From Macrostomum lignano (Eukaryota): a stretch of 64,000 nt of DNA. The position numbers were made by a program, and so were the translations under genes. Below, piece by piece: positions 1 to 13,004 of this stretch; the stretch's first letter is position 1, and every line of letters starts with the position of its first letter. The notes below the pieces were generated by a model. The model searched no databases. It was not told the DNA's origin and saw nothing but the letters and a program-made list of their open reading frames with translations. The stretch spans positions 248,001-312,000 of the forward strand of contig NIVC01000992.1 of NCBI GenBank assembly GCA_002269645.1. The letters run 5' to 3'.

Positions 1-23
1 TATCCTAGCAAGTATACATGAAG

Positions 24-313
<290 letters not shown>

Positions 314-317
314 CAGT

Positions 318-692
318 ACAAAGCTGGAGATCGCACGCAAGCAGCAGAGTGGAGTTGCTATCACAGGCCTGCTCTGGAATCAGAAGCAACGCTCGATTCG
401 AAAAGACTCAATTTTATTAGAACTTCGACTATCAAACCAGGCGGCCCACTACAGTCCAGCGCGGGGCTGGGGCGGAGGAATGCCCCGCTGCCTCTTCCCC
501 GCCTCCGCCCCTTCGACACCGGCTCCCGTCGCTCCCCTGTTTTGCATAATTTATGCCCCACGCGCGGGCCGAGCGGCTGCATTATTTACCTCGGACCCCG
601 GCAGTTCGGGACGGAGAGTGGCAGCCAGGGCGGACCGAGCCGCCCCCCCACTCATCATCTCCCCCGCAGATCTGCCGAGCTCAAAGGAGTAA
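318..692 (+). other. Possible terminal coding exon of a plus-strand gene starting left of the window
   Basis: The GATA array ends in ACAG, followed by an open frame TKLEIARKQQSGVAITGLLWNQKQRSIRKDSILLELRLSN...SSKE*. GC-rich unique sequence; no homology recognised. Confidence 0.3.
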
Positions 693-845
693 ATCTCGGC
701 AGAGGTCTCTTCTCCCCATTTCTGTCTCTCTTGCTCTCCCTGTTTTTGCAATTTTCATCCGACACCAGTTTTTTGCCGACTGAATGTTGGGGGGATTGGA
801 GTGACTTCAGCTGTTTGAGTGCTTTGCGGTGTCACCGGCTGTACA

Positions 846-1985
846 CCTCTCTCTATCCACCTCTCTCTATCCACCTCCTCTCTATCCACCTCTCTCTATC
901 CACCTCCTCTCTATCCACCTCTCTATATCCACCTCTCTCTATCCACCTCTCTCTATCCACCTCTCTATCCACCTCTCTATCCACCTCTCTATCCACCTCT
1001 CTCTATCCACCTCTCTCTATCCACCTCTCTCTATCCACCTCTCTCTATCCACCTCTCTCTATCCACCTCTCTATATCCACCTCTATCCACCTCCTCTCTA
1101 TCCACCTCTCTCTATCCACCTCTCTATATCCACCTCTCTCTATCCACCTCCTCTCTATCCCCCTCTTTATATCCACCTCTTTATATCCACCTCTCTCTAT
1201 CCACCTCTCTATATCCACCTTTCTCTATCCACCCCTCTCTATCCACCTCTCTCTATCCACCTCTCTCTACCCACTTCTCTATATCAACCTCTCTCTATCC
1301 ACCTCTCTCTATCCACCTCTCTCTCTCTCCACCCCTCTCTATCCACTTCTCTATATCCACCTCTCTCTATCCACCTCTCTCTATCCACCTATCCACTCTC
1401 TCTATCCTCTGGGCCGTAGCCCAGCGGTCTAGCGCAGGCTCTGGTGTACCAGCGACCCAGACTCGATTCCAAGTGCAGTCACATTAATTTGGGGCTGAAT
1501 TGGAATCTCGGCTTGGCTCTGCTCGTGCAATTAACGGCCTTGAGAGCCAACCCCCCAAGGCGCAGTGAAGTGTACATGCCTAACGATAATATAAAGTTAG
1601 GGCCGCTGTACACTCCTGTGTGTGTGTGCCTGCGTACGTATCCGCGCGCTTGTATGCCTGCTCAGGGGAGTCGGCGGAATGGGCAGTAATGCCTCTCGCC
1701 GGTTGTGTGCCTATATCGCTTAAAGTGCGCAGGGTGCACACAGCCCCCCTGCCTCTAATAAAAATATCCACCTCTCTCTATTCACCTCCTTTCTATCCAC
1801 CTCTCTATATCCACCTCTCTCTATTCACCTCCTTTCTATCCACCTCTCTATATCCACCTCTCTCTATCCACTTCTCTCTATCCTTCTTTCTCTATCCGCC
1901 TCTCTCTATTTACCTCCTCTCTATCCACCTCTCTCTATCCTTCTTTCTCTATCCGCCTCTCTATCCACATGTCATCCACTTGTCA
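846..1985 (+). repeat. CT-rich 12-14 bp minisatellite (CTCTCTATCCAC), split by SINE A
   Basis: Tandem units at 846-1408 and 1765-1985. Confidence 0.9.
1411..1764 (+). mobile_element. tRNA-derived SINE, family A, apparently full length (~354 bp)
   Basis: Head GGGCCGTAGCCCAGCGGTCTAGCGC carries an A-box (TAGCCCAGCGG) and a degenerate B-box (GACTCGATTCC); ends ...CCTCTAATAAAAA. Interrupts the CT-rich minisatellite. A second copy lies at 33075-33323. Confidence 0.75.
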
Positions 1986-2015
1986 ATCTCATTTATGTCC
2001 CTCGTCAGCACTCAG

Positions 2016-2190
2016 CTACCACTTACCAACCAGATCCGTTTGAGGGTCGACAACCGAGTATTTTCTGTTCCGACTGTACTGCTGTTGCTGCTGTTGTTGT
2101 TGTTGTTGTTGATGTTGTTGCTGCTGCTGCTGTTGCTGCGGCTGTAACTGTGTCTCGGACTTCTCCAAGTCATTGATGCTCACTGTGACC
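2016..2190 (-). other. Possible coding exon with poly-Q (SINDLEKSETQLQPQ..QYSRNRKYSVVDPQTDLVG) of an unassigned gene
   Basis: Mixed CAG/CAA tract in an open frame with unique flanks, and either a GTAAGT donor or a TAG stop near 2016-2027. No family recognised. Confidence 0.35.
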
Positions 2191-2638
2191 CCAGTTTTCA
2201 TACTCAAAGTAAATTTTATATTTTAAATCAGCAGACTATACCAGCAGACTATGCTCTACTCTCCCAAGTGTCTCTACTGCCCAGCTAAAGTTCGAATTTC
2301 ATTCACAGCTAGAAGTTTGCCCCCCCCCCCGAAGAAAGTTGAGAAAACAATTCCTGACCAATCAGAGTCCGCCGGCACCGCTTTGGTCAATGCTGGCATT
2401 CGCCAATCGCTTGCAAAGCTCGCATATGTAGGAGAAAATACACCAAGGGCATGTAGGGTAGTTGAATAGAAAATACACTGACCTGATTCTGCGTTTCTCT
2501 TAGTCAGAAAAAGAGTAGAGTTCACTGTTCGGCCTCTGGTTTTAGTTGGGGAGCTTGAGTAAAACATGGAACTCAAATGGCTCTGCGGCATTGGGAATTA
2601 CGGAACGCCGGGGAGGGAAATTTGAGCTCTTTGCCAAC

Positions 2639-2960
2639 TGACTGGCTCACTCACTCACTCACTCACACAGTCACTTACTCACTCACTCACTCACTCACTC
2701 ACTCACTCACTCACTCACTCACTCACTCACTTACTCACTCACTCACTCACTCACTCACTCACTCACTCACTCACTCACTCACTCACTCACTCACTCACTC
2801 ACTCACTCACTCACTCACTCACTCACTCACCTACTCACTCACTCACACAGTCAGTCAGTCAGTCACTCACTTACTCAGTCACTCACTCAGTTACTCAGTT
2901 ACTCAGTCACTCACTCAGTCACTCAGTCAGTCATTCAGTCACTCAATCACTCATTCGCTC
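2639..2960 (+). repeat. (ACTC)n microsatellite, decaying at the right edge
   Basis: Direct reading. Confidence 0.95.
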
Positions 2961-3600
2961 AGTTACACAATTTAGAGATTGATTGATTATGACTATAATC
3001 CTTGCAGCTTAAAATTCTTAGCTATTCATGGTTTACCTCGTATTTAAATTGAATTGAAATCTACTTAATTTGCTACTTAAATAAGTAGAGTATACAGGGC
3101 ATTCCATTTAAAAAATATCCTGATCGAAGTCAACACAAATAAACAATTAGCCAAACTCGTCAGTTCCTCTCCAATAGGTAATCAAGTTTTTTAAGGAGCT
3201 TTTTACGGGCTGACTTGCAATGGGCACGCATAATATCTGACAGTTTTATGGGGGCTTGATGCCGAGGTGCTGATAAGGGCTTCTCCTGTCAGACAAGGCT
3301 ATCATCCGCCCTCATCAATCAGTCAAGCACCGCGCCTGTCAGATCGTCTCGGTTGCGAAGGCGGGATAGGAAAATAGAGATTGGGGAAGGAATTGTTGAA
3401 CTGTTTGAACTTCACTCGCTCGACACCTCTCGGAATTGGTAGCTAGGGTGGATCATGCACTCATTGGCAGTAATTAAGTGTACGTTACGACAGTTCGATA
3501 GCTTGACAGATATTTTAAAGTACAGATAAGTTCCCCGACACTAAAGAGTTGCGTTCAATAATCATATTGATTAAATAGCAGAACTAGTTTACTGATCTAC

Positions 3601-4235
3601 CAGAGTATCAGTTGCTGGGCCAGCCTCCCAGATCCTCAGTTGCTGGGCCAGCCTCCCAGATCCTCAGTTGCTGGGCCAGCCTCCCAGATTCTCAGTTGCT
3701 GGGCCAGCCTCTCAGATCCTCAGTTGCTGGGCCAGCCTCCCAGAGTGTCATTTGCTGGGCCAGCCTCCCAGATCCTCAGTTGCTGGGCCAGCCTCCCGGA
3801 TCCTCAGTTGTTGGGCCAGCCTCCCAGAGTATCAGTTGCTGGGCCAGCCTCCCAGAGTGTCAGTTGCTGGGCCAGCCGCCCAGATCCTCAGTTGCTGGGC
3901 CAGCCTCCCGGATCCTCAGTTGTTGGGCCAGCCTCCCGGATCCTCAGTTGCTGGGCCAGCCTCCCGGATCCTCAGTTGTTGGGCCAGCCTCCCAGAGTAT
4001 CAGTTGCTGGGCCAGCCTCCCAGATCCTCAGTTGCTGGGCCAGCCTCCCAGATCCTCAGTTGCTGGGCCAGCCTCCCAGATCCTCAGTTGCTGGGCCAGC
4101 CTCCCGGATCCTCAGTTGTTGGGCCAGCCTCCCAGAGTATCAGTTGCTGGGCCAGCCTCCCAGATCCTCAGTTGCTGGGCCAGCCTCCCAGATCCTCAGT
4201 TGCTGGGCCAGCCTCCCAGATCCTCAGTTGCTGGT
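3601..4235 (+). repeat. 28-bp satellite family S28, array 1
   Basis: Unit CAGTTGCTGGGCCAGCCTCCCAGATCCT with GAGTAT/GAGTGT variants, ~22 copies. Confidence 0.95.
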
Positions 4236-4720
4236 ACAGGCAGAATTCTAAGCAGTAAATTAAGCATCTAATTAAGCTCCCGGACATTTCAAAGCACCTG
4301 TAGCATCAGCCAACCCATTTTGCGGTCTTCATCAAACAACCCAGAATCGGTGAGGCAAAGTCCAATCGTACCCGATAATAGCGTCCAAGAATTCACCAGC
4401 ACCCAATTCGGAAGCAGTCCTAAAGAAGATCTCCTCCCGCTTACATTCCAGTTCCGTGATTATCCGAGCCTACCGCAAAACGCTGGTGCCCGAATTCAAC
4501 AGAATGAAAAGCTGAAAGACGCAAATAGCTGGAGTGCACAGCGAGCAGGGATAGAAAGGGAGGCTGGGAGTTGATGACGAATGTTTATTAGCATTTGGCT
4601 GCCAGATTGACTGTCCGGAGCCTGCAGTAGCCATTGGCCTGGGCCGCCACGTAGCCATGAAAAGGCGTGCTTTTTTGGGGGGGAGTGCAGATTTCAGCTT
4701 AAGGAGCGACCAATCAGTTC

Positions 4721-7700
4721 TGGTGGCGCCATTTCAGTTCTGGTGGCGCCATTTCATTTTTGGTGGCGCCATTTCAGTTTTGGTGGCGCCATTTCAGTCT
4801 AGATAGTGCCCTTTTAGTCTAGAAAGTGCCATTTCAGTCTAGATAGTGCCATTTCAGTCTAGATAGTGACAGTTCAGTCTAGATAGTGACAGTTCAGTCT
4901 AGATAGTGACAGTTCAGTCTACATAGTGACAGTTCAGTCTAGATAGTGCCATTTCAGTCTAGATATAGTGCCATTTCAGTCTAGATAGTGCCATTTCAGT
5001 CTAGATATAGTGCCATTTCAGTCTAGATATAGTGCCATTTCAGTTCAGTCTCGATAGTGCCATTTCAGTCTAGATAGTGCCATTTCAGTCTAGATATAGT
5101 GCCATTTCAGGTCAGTCTCGATAGTGCCATTTCAGTCTAGATAGTGCCATTTCAGTCTAGATATAATGCCATTTCAGTTCAGTCTCGATAGTGCCATTTC
5201 AGTCTAGATAGTGCCATTTCAGTCTAGATATAGTGCCATTTCAGTCTAGATAGTGCCATTTCAGTCTAGATAGTGCCATTTCAGTCTAGATAGTGCCATT
5301 TCAGTCTAGATATAGTGCCATTTCAGTCTAGATAGTGCCATTTCAGTCTAGATATAGTGCCATTTCAGTCTAGATAGTGCCATTTCAGTCTAGATATAGT
5401 GCCATTTCAGTCTAGATATAGTGCCATTTCAGTCTAGATAGTGCCATTTCAGTTCAGTCTAGATAGTGCCATTTCAGTCTAGATATAGTGCCATTTCAGT
5501 CTAGATAGTGCCATTTCAGTCTAGATATAGAGCCATTTCAGTCCAGATAGTGCCATTTCAGTCTAGATATAGTGCCATTTCAGTCTAGATAGTGCCATTT
5601 CAGTCTAGATATAGTGCCATTTCAGTCTAGATATAGTGCCATTTCAGTTCAGTCTCGATAGTGCCATTTCAGTCTAGATAGTGCCATTTCAGTCTAGATA
5701 TAGTGCCATTTCAGGTCAGTCTCGATAGTGCCATTTCAGTCTAGATAGTGCCATTTCAGTCTAGATATAGTGCCATTTCAGTTCAGTCTCGATAGTGCCA
5801 TTTCAGTCTAGATAGTGCCATTTCAGTCTAGATAGTGCCATTTCAGTTCAGTCTCGATAGTGCCATTTCAGTCTAGATAGTGCCATTTCAGTCTAGATAT
5901 AGTGCCATTTCAGTTCAGTCTCGATAGTGCCATTTCAGTCTAGATAGTGCCATTTCAGTCTAGATAGTGCCATTTCAGTTCAGTCTCGATAGTGCCATTT
6001 CAGTCTAGATAGTGCCATTTCAGTCTAGATATAGTGCCATTTCAGTTCAGTCTCGATAGTGCCATTTCAGTCTAGATAGTGCCATTTCAGTCTAGATATA
6101 GTGCCATTTCAGTCTAGATAGTGACAGTTCAGTCTAGATAGTGCCATTTCAGTCTAGATAGTGCCATTTCAGTCTAGATATAGTGCCATTTCAGTTCAGT
6201 CTCGATAGTGCCATTTCAGTCTAGATAGTGCCATTTCAGTCTAGATATAGTGCCATTTCAGTCTAGATATAGTGCCATTTCAGTCTAGATATAGTGCCAT
6301 TTCAGTCTAGATATGGTGCCATTTCAGTCTAGATAGTGCAATTTCAGTCTAGATAGTGCCATTTCAGTCTAGATATAGTGCCATTTCAGTTCAGTCTCGA
6401 TAGTGCCATTTCAGTCTAGATAGTGCCATTTCAGTCTAGATATAGTGCCATTTCAGGTCAGTCTCGATAGTGCCATTTCAGTCTAGATAGTGCCATTTCA
6501 GTCTAGATATAGTGCCATTTCAGTTCAGTCTCGATAGTGCAATTTCAGTCTAGATAGTGCCATTTCAGTCTAGATATAGTGCCATTTCAGTCTAGATATA
6601 GTGCCATTTCAGTCTAGATATAGTGCCATTTCAGTTCAGTCTCGATAGTGCCATTTCAGTCTAGATAGTGACAGTTCAGTCTAGATAGTGCCATTTCAGT
6701 CTAGATAGTGCAATTTCAGTCTAGATATAGTGCCATTTCAGTCTAGATATAGTGCCATTTCAGTTCAGTCTAGATAGTGCCATTTCAGTCTAGATAGTGA
6801 CAGTTCAGTCTAGATAGTGCCATTTCAGTCTAGATAGTGCAATTTCAGTCTAGATATAGTGCCATTTCAGTCTAGATATAGTGCCATTTCAGTCTAGATA
6901 TAGTGCCATTTCAGTCTAGATATAGTGCCATTTCAGTCTAGATAGTGCCATTTCAGTCTAGATAGTGCCATTTCAGTCTAGATATAGTGCCATTTCAGTC
7001 TAGATAGTGCCATTTCAGTCTAGATATAGTGCCATTTCAGTCTAGATAGTGCCATTTCAGTCTAGATATAGTGCCATTTCAGTCTAGATAGTGCCATTTC
7101 AGTTCAGTCTAGACAGTGCCATTTCAGTCTAGATATAGTGCCATTTCAGTCTAGATAGTGCCATTTCAGTCTAGATATAGTGCCATTTCAGTCCAGATAG
7201 TGCCATTTCAGTCGAGATATAGTGCCATTTCAGTCTAGATAGTGACAGTTCAGTCTAGATAGTGCCATTTCAGTCTAGATATAGAGCCATTTCAGTCCAG
7301 ATAGTGCCATTTCAGTCGAGATATAGTGCCATTTCAGTCTAGATAGTGCCATTTCAGTCTAGATATGGTGCCATTTCAGTCTAGATAGTGCAATTTCAGT
7401 CTAGATAGTGCCATTTCAGTCTAGATAGTGCCATTTCAGTCTAGATATAGTGCCATTTCAGTTCAGTCTCGATAGTGCCATTTCAGTCTAGATAGTGCCA
7501 TTTCAGTCTAGATAGTGCCATTTCAGTTCAGTCTCGATAGTGCCATTTCAGTCTAGATAGTGCCATTTCAGTCTAGATATAGTGCCATTTCAGTTCAGTC
7601 TCGATAGTGCCATTTCAGTCTAGATAGTGCCATTTCAGTCTAGATAGTGCCATTTCAGTTCAGTCTCGATAGTGCCATTTCAGTCTAGATAGTGCCATTT

Positions 7701-8910
7701 CAGTCTAGATATAGTGCCATTTCAGTTCAGTCTCGATAGTGCCATTTCAGTCTAGATAGTGCCATTTCAGTCTAGATATAGTGCCATTTCAGTCTAGATA
7801 GTGACAGTTCAGTCTAGATAGTGCCATTTCAGTCTAGATAGTGCAATTTCAGTCTAGATATAGTGCCATTTCAGTTCAGTCTCGATAGTGCCATTTCAGT
7901 CTAGATAGTGCCATTTCAGTCTAGATATAGTGCCATTTCAGTCTAGATATAGTGCCATTTCAGTCTAGATATGGTGCCATTTCAGTCTAGATAGTGCAAT
8001 TTCAGTCTAGATAGTGCCATTTCAGTCTAGATAGTGCCATTTCAGTCTAGATATAGTGCCATTTCAGTCTAGATATAGTGCCATTTCAGTTCAGTCTCGA
8101 TAGTGCCATTTCAGTCTAGATATAGTGCCATTTCAGTCTAGATATAGTGCCATTTCAGGTCAGTCTCGATAGTGCCATTTCAGTCTAGATATAGTGCCAT
8201 TTCAGTCTAGATAGTGCCATTTCAGTCTAGATATGGTGCCATTTCAGTCTAGATAGTGCCATTTCAGTCTAGATAGTGCCATTTCAGTTCAGTCTCGATA
8301 GTGCCATTTCAGTCTAGATAGTGCAATTTCAGTCTAGATATAGAGCCATTTCAGTCTAGATAGTGCCATTTCAGTCTAGATATAGTGCCATTTCAGTCTA
8401 GATAGTGCCATTTCAGTCTAGATATGGTGCCATTTCAGTCTAGATAGTGCCATTTCAGTCTAGATAGTGCCATTTCAGTCCAGATAGTGCCATTTCAGTC
8501 TAGATAGTGACAGTTCAGTCTAGATAGTGACAGTTCAGTCTAGATAGTGCCATTTCAGTCTAGATAGTGACAGTTCAGTCTAGATAGTGCTATTTCAGTC
8601 TAGATAGTGCCATTTCAGTCTAGATAGTGCCATTTCAGTCTAGATATAGTGCCATTTCAGTCTAGATAGTGCCATTTCAGTCTAGATAGTGCCATTTCAG
8701 TCTAGATATAGTGCCATTTCAGTCTAGATAGTGCCATTTCAGTCTAGATATGGTGCCATTTCAGTCTAGATAGTGCCATTTCAGTCTAGATATAGTGCCA
8801 TTTCAGTCTAGATAGTGCCATTTCAGTCTAGATAGTGCCATTTCAGTCTAGATAGTGCCATTTCAGTCTAGATAGTGCCATTTCAGTCTAGATAGTGCCA
8901 TTTCAGTCTA
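4721..8910 (+). repeat. 4.2-kb array of 20/22/25-bp units (TAGTGCCATTTCAGTCTAGA)
   Basis: About 190 units; length variants add TA or TTCAG. Confidence 0.97.
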
Positions 8911-9344
8911 TTTTAGACGCTTTTTTCTCTAGATTGGCGCCATCAGACACAATGTCTGAGGTGACGGGCAGACGGCCGCTCCAATATGAGGCAGCAGCTG
9001 AAATACGAGTCTAAGACCGTCTAGAACCGTGATGAGCCACATCAGCCTTCGGACTTCGGCTCATCAGATAGAAGATGCATAGCAACTACACTGTAATGCT
9101 ATACAAAAATGGCAGAAACAGTCGAATGTTCAGAAGTGGGATTCCAAAGCCAAGGGGAATTCACCAGCCAAACAATTACCGCCCCGCTTCGAGATGAGAT
9201 TGGGATGAATTCCACAACGCCAAATGGGGCTTTGGGATAAAGTTATCGAGCTTAAGCTGGGATCCGTTGCCCAGAGTTTTGGCAGATCCGCCAGTGTCGA
9301 ATGCGTTCGGGTAAACTGCAGCACTATGAGACTTGAATAATACT

Positions 9345-10150
9345 ATTAGATATAGGATAAGACTTGATTAGCACTGTACTAGATTAAGGATCAGATTTGA
9401 TTAGCACTATTAGATTTGGGGTGAGATTTGATCAGAGCTATTAGATTTGGGGTGAGATTTAGTCAGCGCTGTTAGATCTGAAGGTGAGATTTGATAAGCA
9501 TAGCTAGATATGGGGGTGAGATCGGATCATCACTATTAGATTTGGGGGTGAGATTGGATCAGCACATCTACATTTGGGGTGAGATTTGAACCAGAACTAT
9601 TAGATTTGGGGGTGAGATTAGAACAGAAATATAAAATTTGGGGTGAGATTGGATCAGCACTATTAGATTTTGGGGTGAGATTGGATCAGAAATATTAAAT
9701 TTGGGGGTGAGATTGGATCAGCACTATTAGATTTGGGGGTGAGATTGGATCAGAAATATTAAATTTGGGGGTGAGATTGGATCAGCACTATTAGATTTGG
9801 GGGTGAGATTGGATCAGAAATATAAAATTTGGGGGTGAGATTGGATCAGCACTATTAAATTTGGGGGTGAGATTGGATCAGAAATATTAAATTTGGGGGT
9901 GAGATTGGATTAGCACTATTAGATTTGGGGGTGAGATGGATCCAGCACTATTAGATTTGGGGGTGAGATTGGATCAGAATTATTAAATTTGGGGGTGAGA
10001 TTGGATCAGCACTATTAGATTTGGGGGTGAGATTGGATCAGTACATCTACATTTGGGGTGAGATTTGATCCAGCACTATTAGATTTGGGGGTGAGATTGG
10101 ATCAGAAATATTAAATTTGGGGGTGAGATTGGATCAGCACTATTAGATTA
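9345..10150 (+). repeat. 32-bp minisatellite (GCACTATTAGATTTGGGGGTGAGATTGGATCA)
   Basis: Period 32 read at 9721/9753; left units degenerate. Confidence 0.93.
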
Positions 10151-10724
10151 GAGTGATCGAGATTTTCACAGGAAAAATAAGTTGACTAAATCATTTTAAA
10201 CGAAGGTCCGCCAGAGAATTGAATTCCCACAAATTTTCATACTAAGCCTTCAAGGGGTTCAAATCAAGCCCTTCAACAGGAAGTGCCCAGCATAATAAAC
10301 AAACCTAAGTGTGGAACCTGCGGATTCTCACGGTAGTCCTGCCTCTCCGTAGCTCTCATCGGGTGCGGCGGCGCAAGCACCTGTTGATGCGACTGTCGAC
10401 CAGTTTCCGGTTTCTCTTCCGTCTGCATAGCAACGATCTCGAAGGTTGGACCTGACAATATCAGTTCGGTATATTTTCACACTAGACGGGAAGGAGCAGC
10501 CCCTATTATATGCTGATGAATGCCCCAGCTGTCAACCGACTGGGCCCGCGATGCGAGACCCGATTGGCTGGGACCAACTGCGTGATGCTATGCCTGCGCA
10601 AGGAGTTCAGATGGGGTGTGTGAATTGGCACGCACAGGGCTTCACGTGACTCGTGGGACACAATGACCTGAGAGTGTGGCTGTGATCAGTTAACTTTTTT
10701 GGGCACTGTCGCAAATCAAGGACT

Positions 10725-11403
10725 GCCCAGCAACTGAGGATCTGGGAGGCTGGCCCAGCAACTGACACTCTGGGAGGCTGGCCCAGCAACTGAGGATCTG
10801 GGAGGCTGGCCCAGCAACTGAGGATCTGGGAGGCTGGCCCAGCAACTGAGGGTCTGGGAGGCTGGCCCAGAAACTGAGGATTTGGGAGGCTGGCCCAGCA
10901 ACTGACACTCTGGGAGGCTGGCCCCGAAACTGAGGATCTGGGAGGCTGGCCCAGCAACTGAGGATCTGGGAGGCTGGCCCAGCAACTGAGGATCTGGGAG
11001 GCTGGCCCAGCAACTGACACTCTGGGAGGCTGGCCCAGCAACTGAGGATCTGGGAGGCTGGCCCAGCAACTGACACTCTGGGAGGCTGGCCCAGCAACTG
11101 AGGATCTGATAGGCTGGCCCAGCAACTGAGGATCTGGGAGGCTGGCCCAGCAACTGACACTCTGGGAGGCTGGCCCAGCAACTGAGGATCTGAGAGGCTG
11201 GCCCAACAACTGACACTCTGGGAGGCTGGGCCAGCAACTGAGGATCTGGGAGGCTGGCCCAGAAACTGAGGATCTGGGAGGCTGGCCCAGAAACTGAGGA
11301 TCTGGGAGGCTGGCCCAGCAACTGAGGATCTGGGAGGCTGGCCCAGCAACTGACACTCTGGGAGGCTGGCCCCGAAACTGAGGATCTGGGAGGCTGGCCC
11401 AGC
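10725..11403 (-). repeat. 28-bp satellite family S28, array 2 (inverted)
   Basis: Reverse complement of the 3601-4235 unit. Confidence 0.95.
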
Positions 11404-12120
11404 ATAAAATCCAGTTGAGGCATCAGCAAAAAAGTCAGTCTGCAAGTGAAAGTGCAGAGCAAGCCTTTTTATGTTTGCTAACAATAAGCAGATATATGAT
11501 TAAATTCAGTGTCAGTCGGCACAAGTTTGTATTATTCTGCATACAAAAATCATAACCATATTTTTGTTGCGCAACAGATTAAAATAACATAACACAGATT
11601 TGACAGTAATACCATTACAAATCCAAGTAGATGTACCAATCTGGTTAACAGACAGTGCAAGACAAATACGAAGTAGAGCGTATTCCTAGAAAAAAAAGAT
11701 TACTTATTACACCTGGAATATTAGCCTGTGAAACATGACACACGCCACAATACGTGTAGGCACAACAGATAATCACAAAATGGACAGTCATCAATCAGAA
11801 TTACTATAATATTTTAGCAGTAGGCGTCTGGAAAAAAACTCTTTAATCAGTTCTTGAGTGCAGGTCACAGCCAGTAAGATATACAACACCAGTAATGACG
11901 CTTACTTAAGTTTGTAGTACAATATCCAGTAATGTAGAAAAATATAAATATATAAATTATAGAAAATTTATTATATTCAAATAAACAACATCATCAAAGC
12001 TCTAAAAATAATGAATTAGTGAGACAGTACGGTAGCCAAAAATTAATGAGAATGATGAGTACAGTAAGTCCTTACAGATGGAGAAACTTCTATTTAAAAT
12101 GAAGGCAAGAAAATTCTAGA

Positions 12121-12380
12121 TGAAGTAGCTGAAGGAAGATGAGAGGAGATGAGAGATTAGAGAAGAGAGAGAGAGAGATAAGAGGAGAGGTGAGAGATAA
12201 GATAAGATAAGAAAGATGAGAGGATAGTAGAAAGAGGACAGGAGAGGACAGGAGAGGAGAGGAGAGGAGAGAGATAAGATGAGAGATGAGAGATAAGAGG
12301 AGCAAGAAGAGATAAAAGAGATGATGTGAAAGAGATCTGCTGAGAGAGATGAGAGGAGAGGAGAGAGAATGGATGATGAA
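12121..12380 (+). repeat. GA-rich low-complexity tract
   Basis: GAGAG/GATAA/GAGGA degenerate units. Confidence 0.85.
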
Positions 12381-13004
12381 TAGGATGCAAAAGGATTCCT
12401 AACGCTCAAGCCTCAGAAATCACAGGTGCAAGCAATACAACAGCCATTGGCCAACCGATTATATAATGATGGGGTTCTGTCGAAAAAGAATTGATAATAA
12501 TATTCATAATATTAGTAAATAAATAATACAGAGAGGCAGACAAAATAAAATTGGTTAACACAGAGGAACGTGAAACAACAAGAATGCACTGAGTGTCAGG
12601 CACAGAAATCGCAATAAAAAACTTTTGTTCAATTTGTTCTGAAATCAATCATCAACAACAAAAAACATTCGTTGTCAGTAATCAAGAAGCAGATTTTATA
12701 AAGACACTGGGTTTACAACAACTCGCGGCGATCAACCTGTACAACAGTTATTGTGACAGAAGTCAAACCTAATATATAGTAGGACAAATTAATTCCTAAA
12801 TTTTATAGAAATTTCAGTTTGTGGCACTAAGAAATTTACAATCAAAGTAGTTAACTTTTAGCAGAACTAGGATAATAATTTCAAAATATAAAAGGTGTTT
12901 ATCATCTTTAATAAATTCAAATCAAAAACAGACCGGCGAATAACGCGAGGAAGCCACAAACATAAAAAGTCAAATTGTCTTTGTTACAATGGAACAATTT
13001 CTTC

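Noticed and set aside
3601-4240. S28 unit resembles primate Alu words (GATCCTC, CAGCCTCCC, GCTGGG)
   Set aside because: Only short words in a different order, with no Alu body; treated as coincidence, not human contamination.
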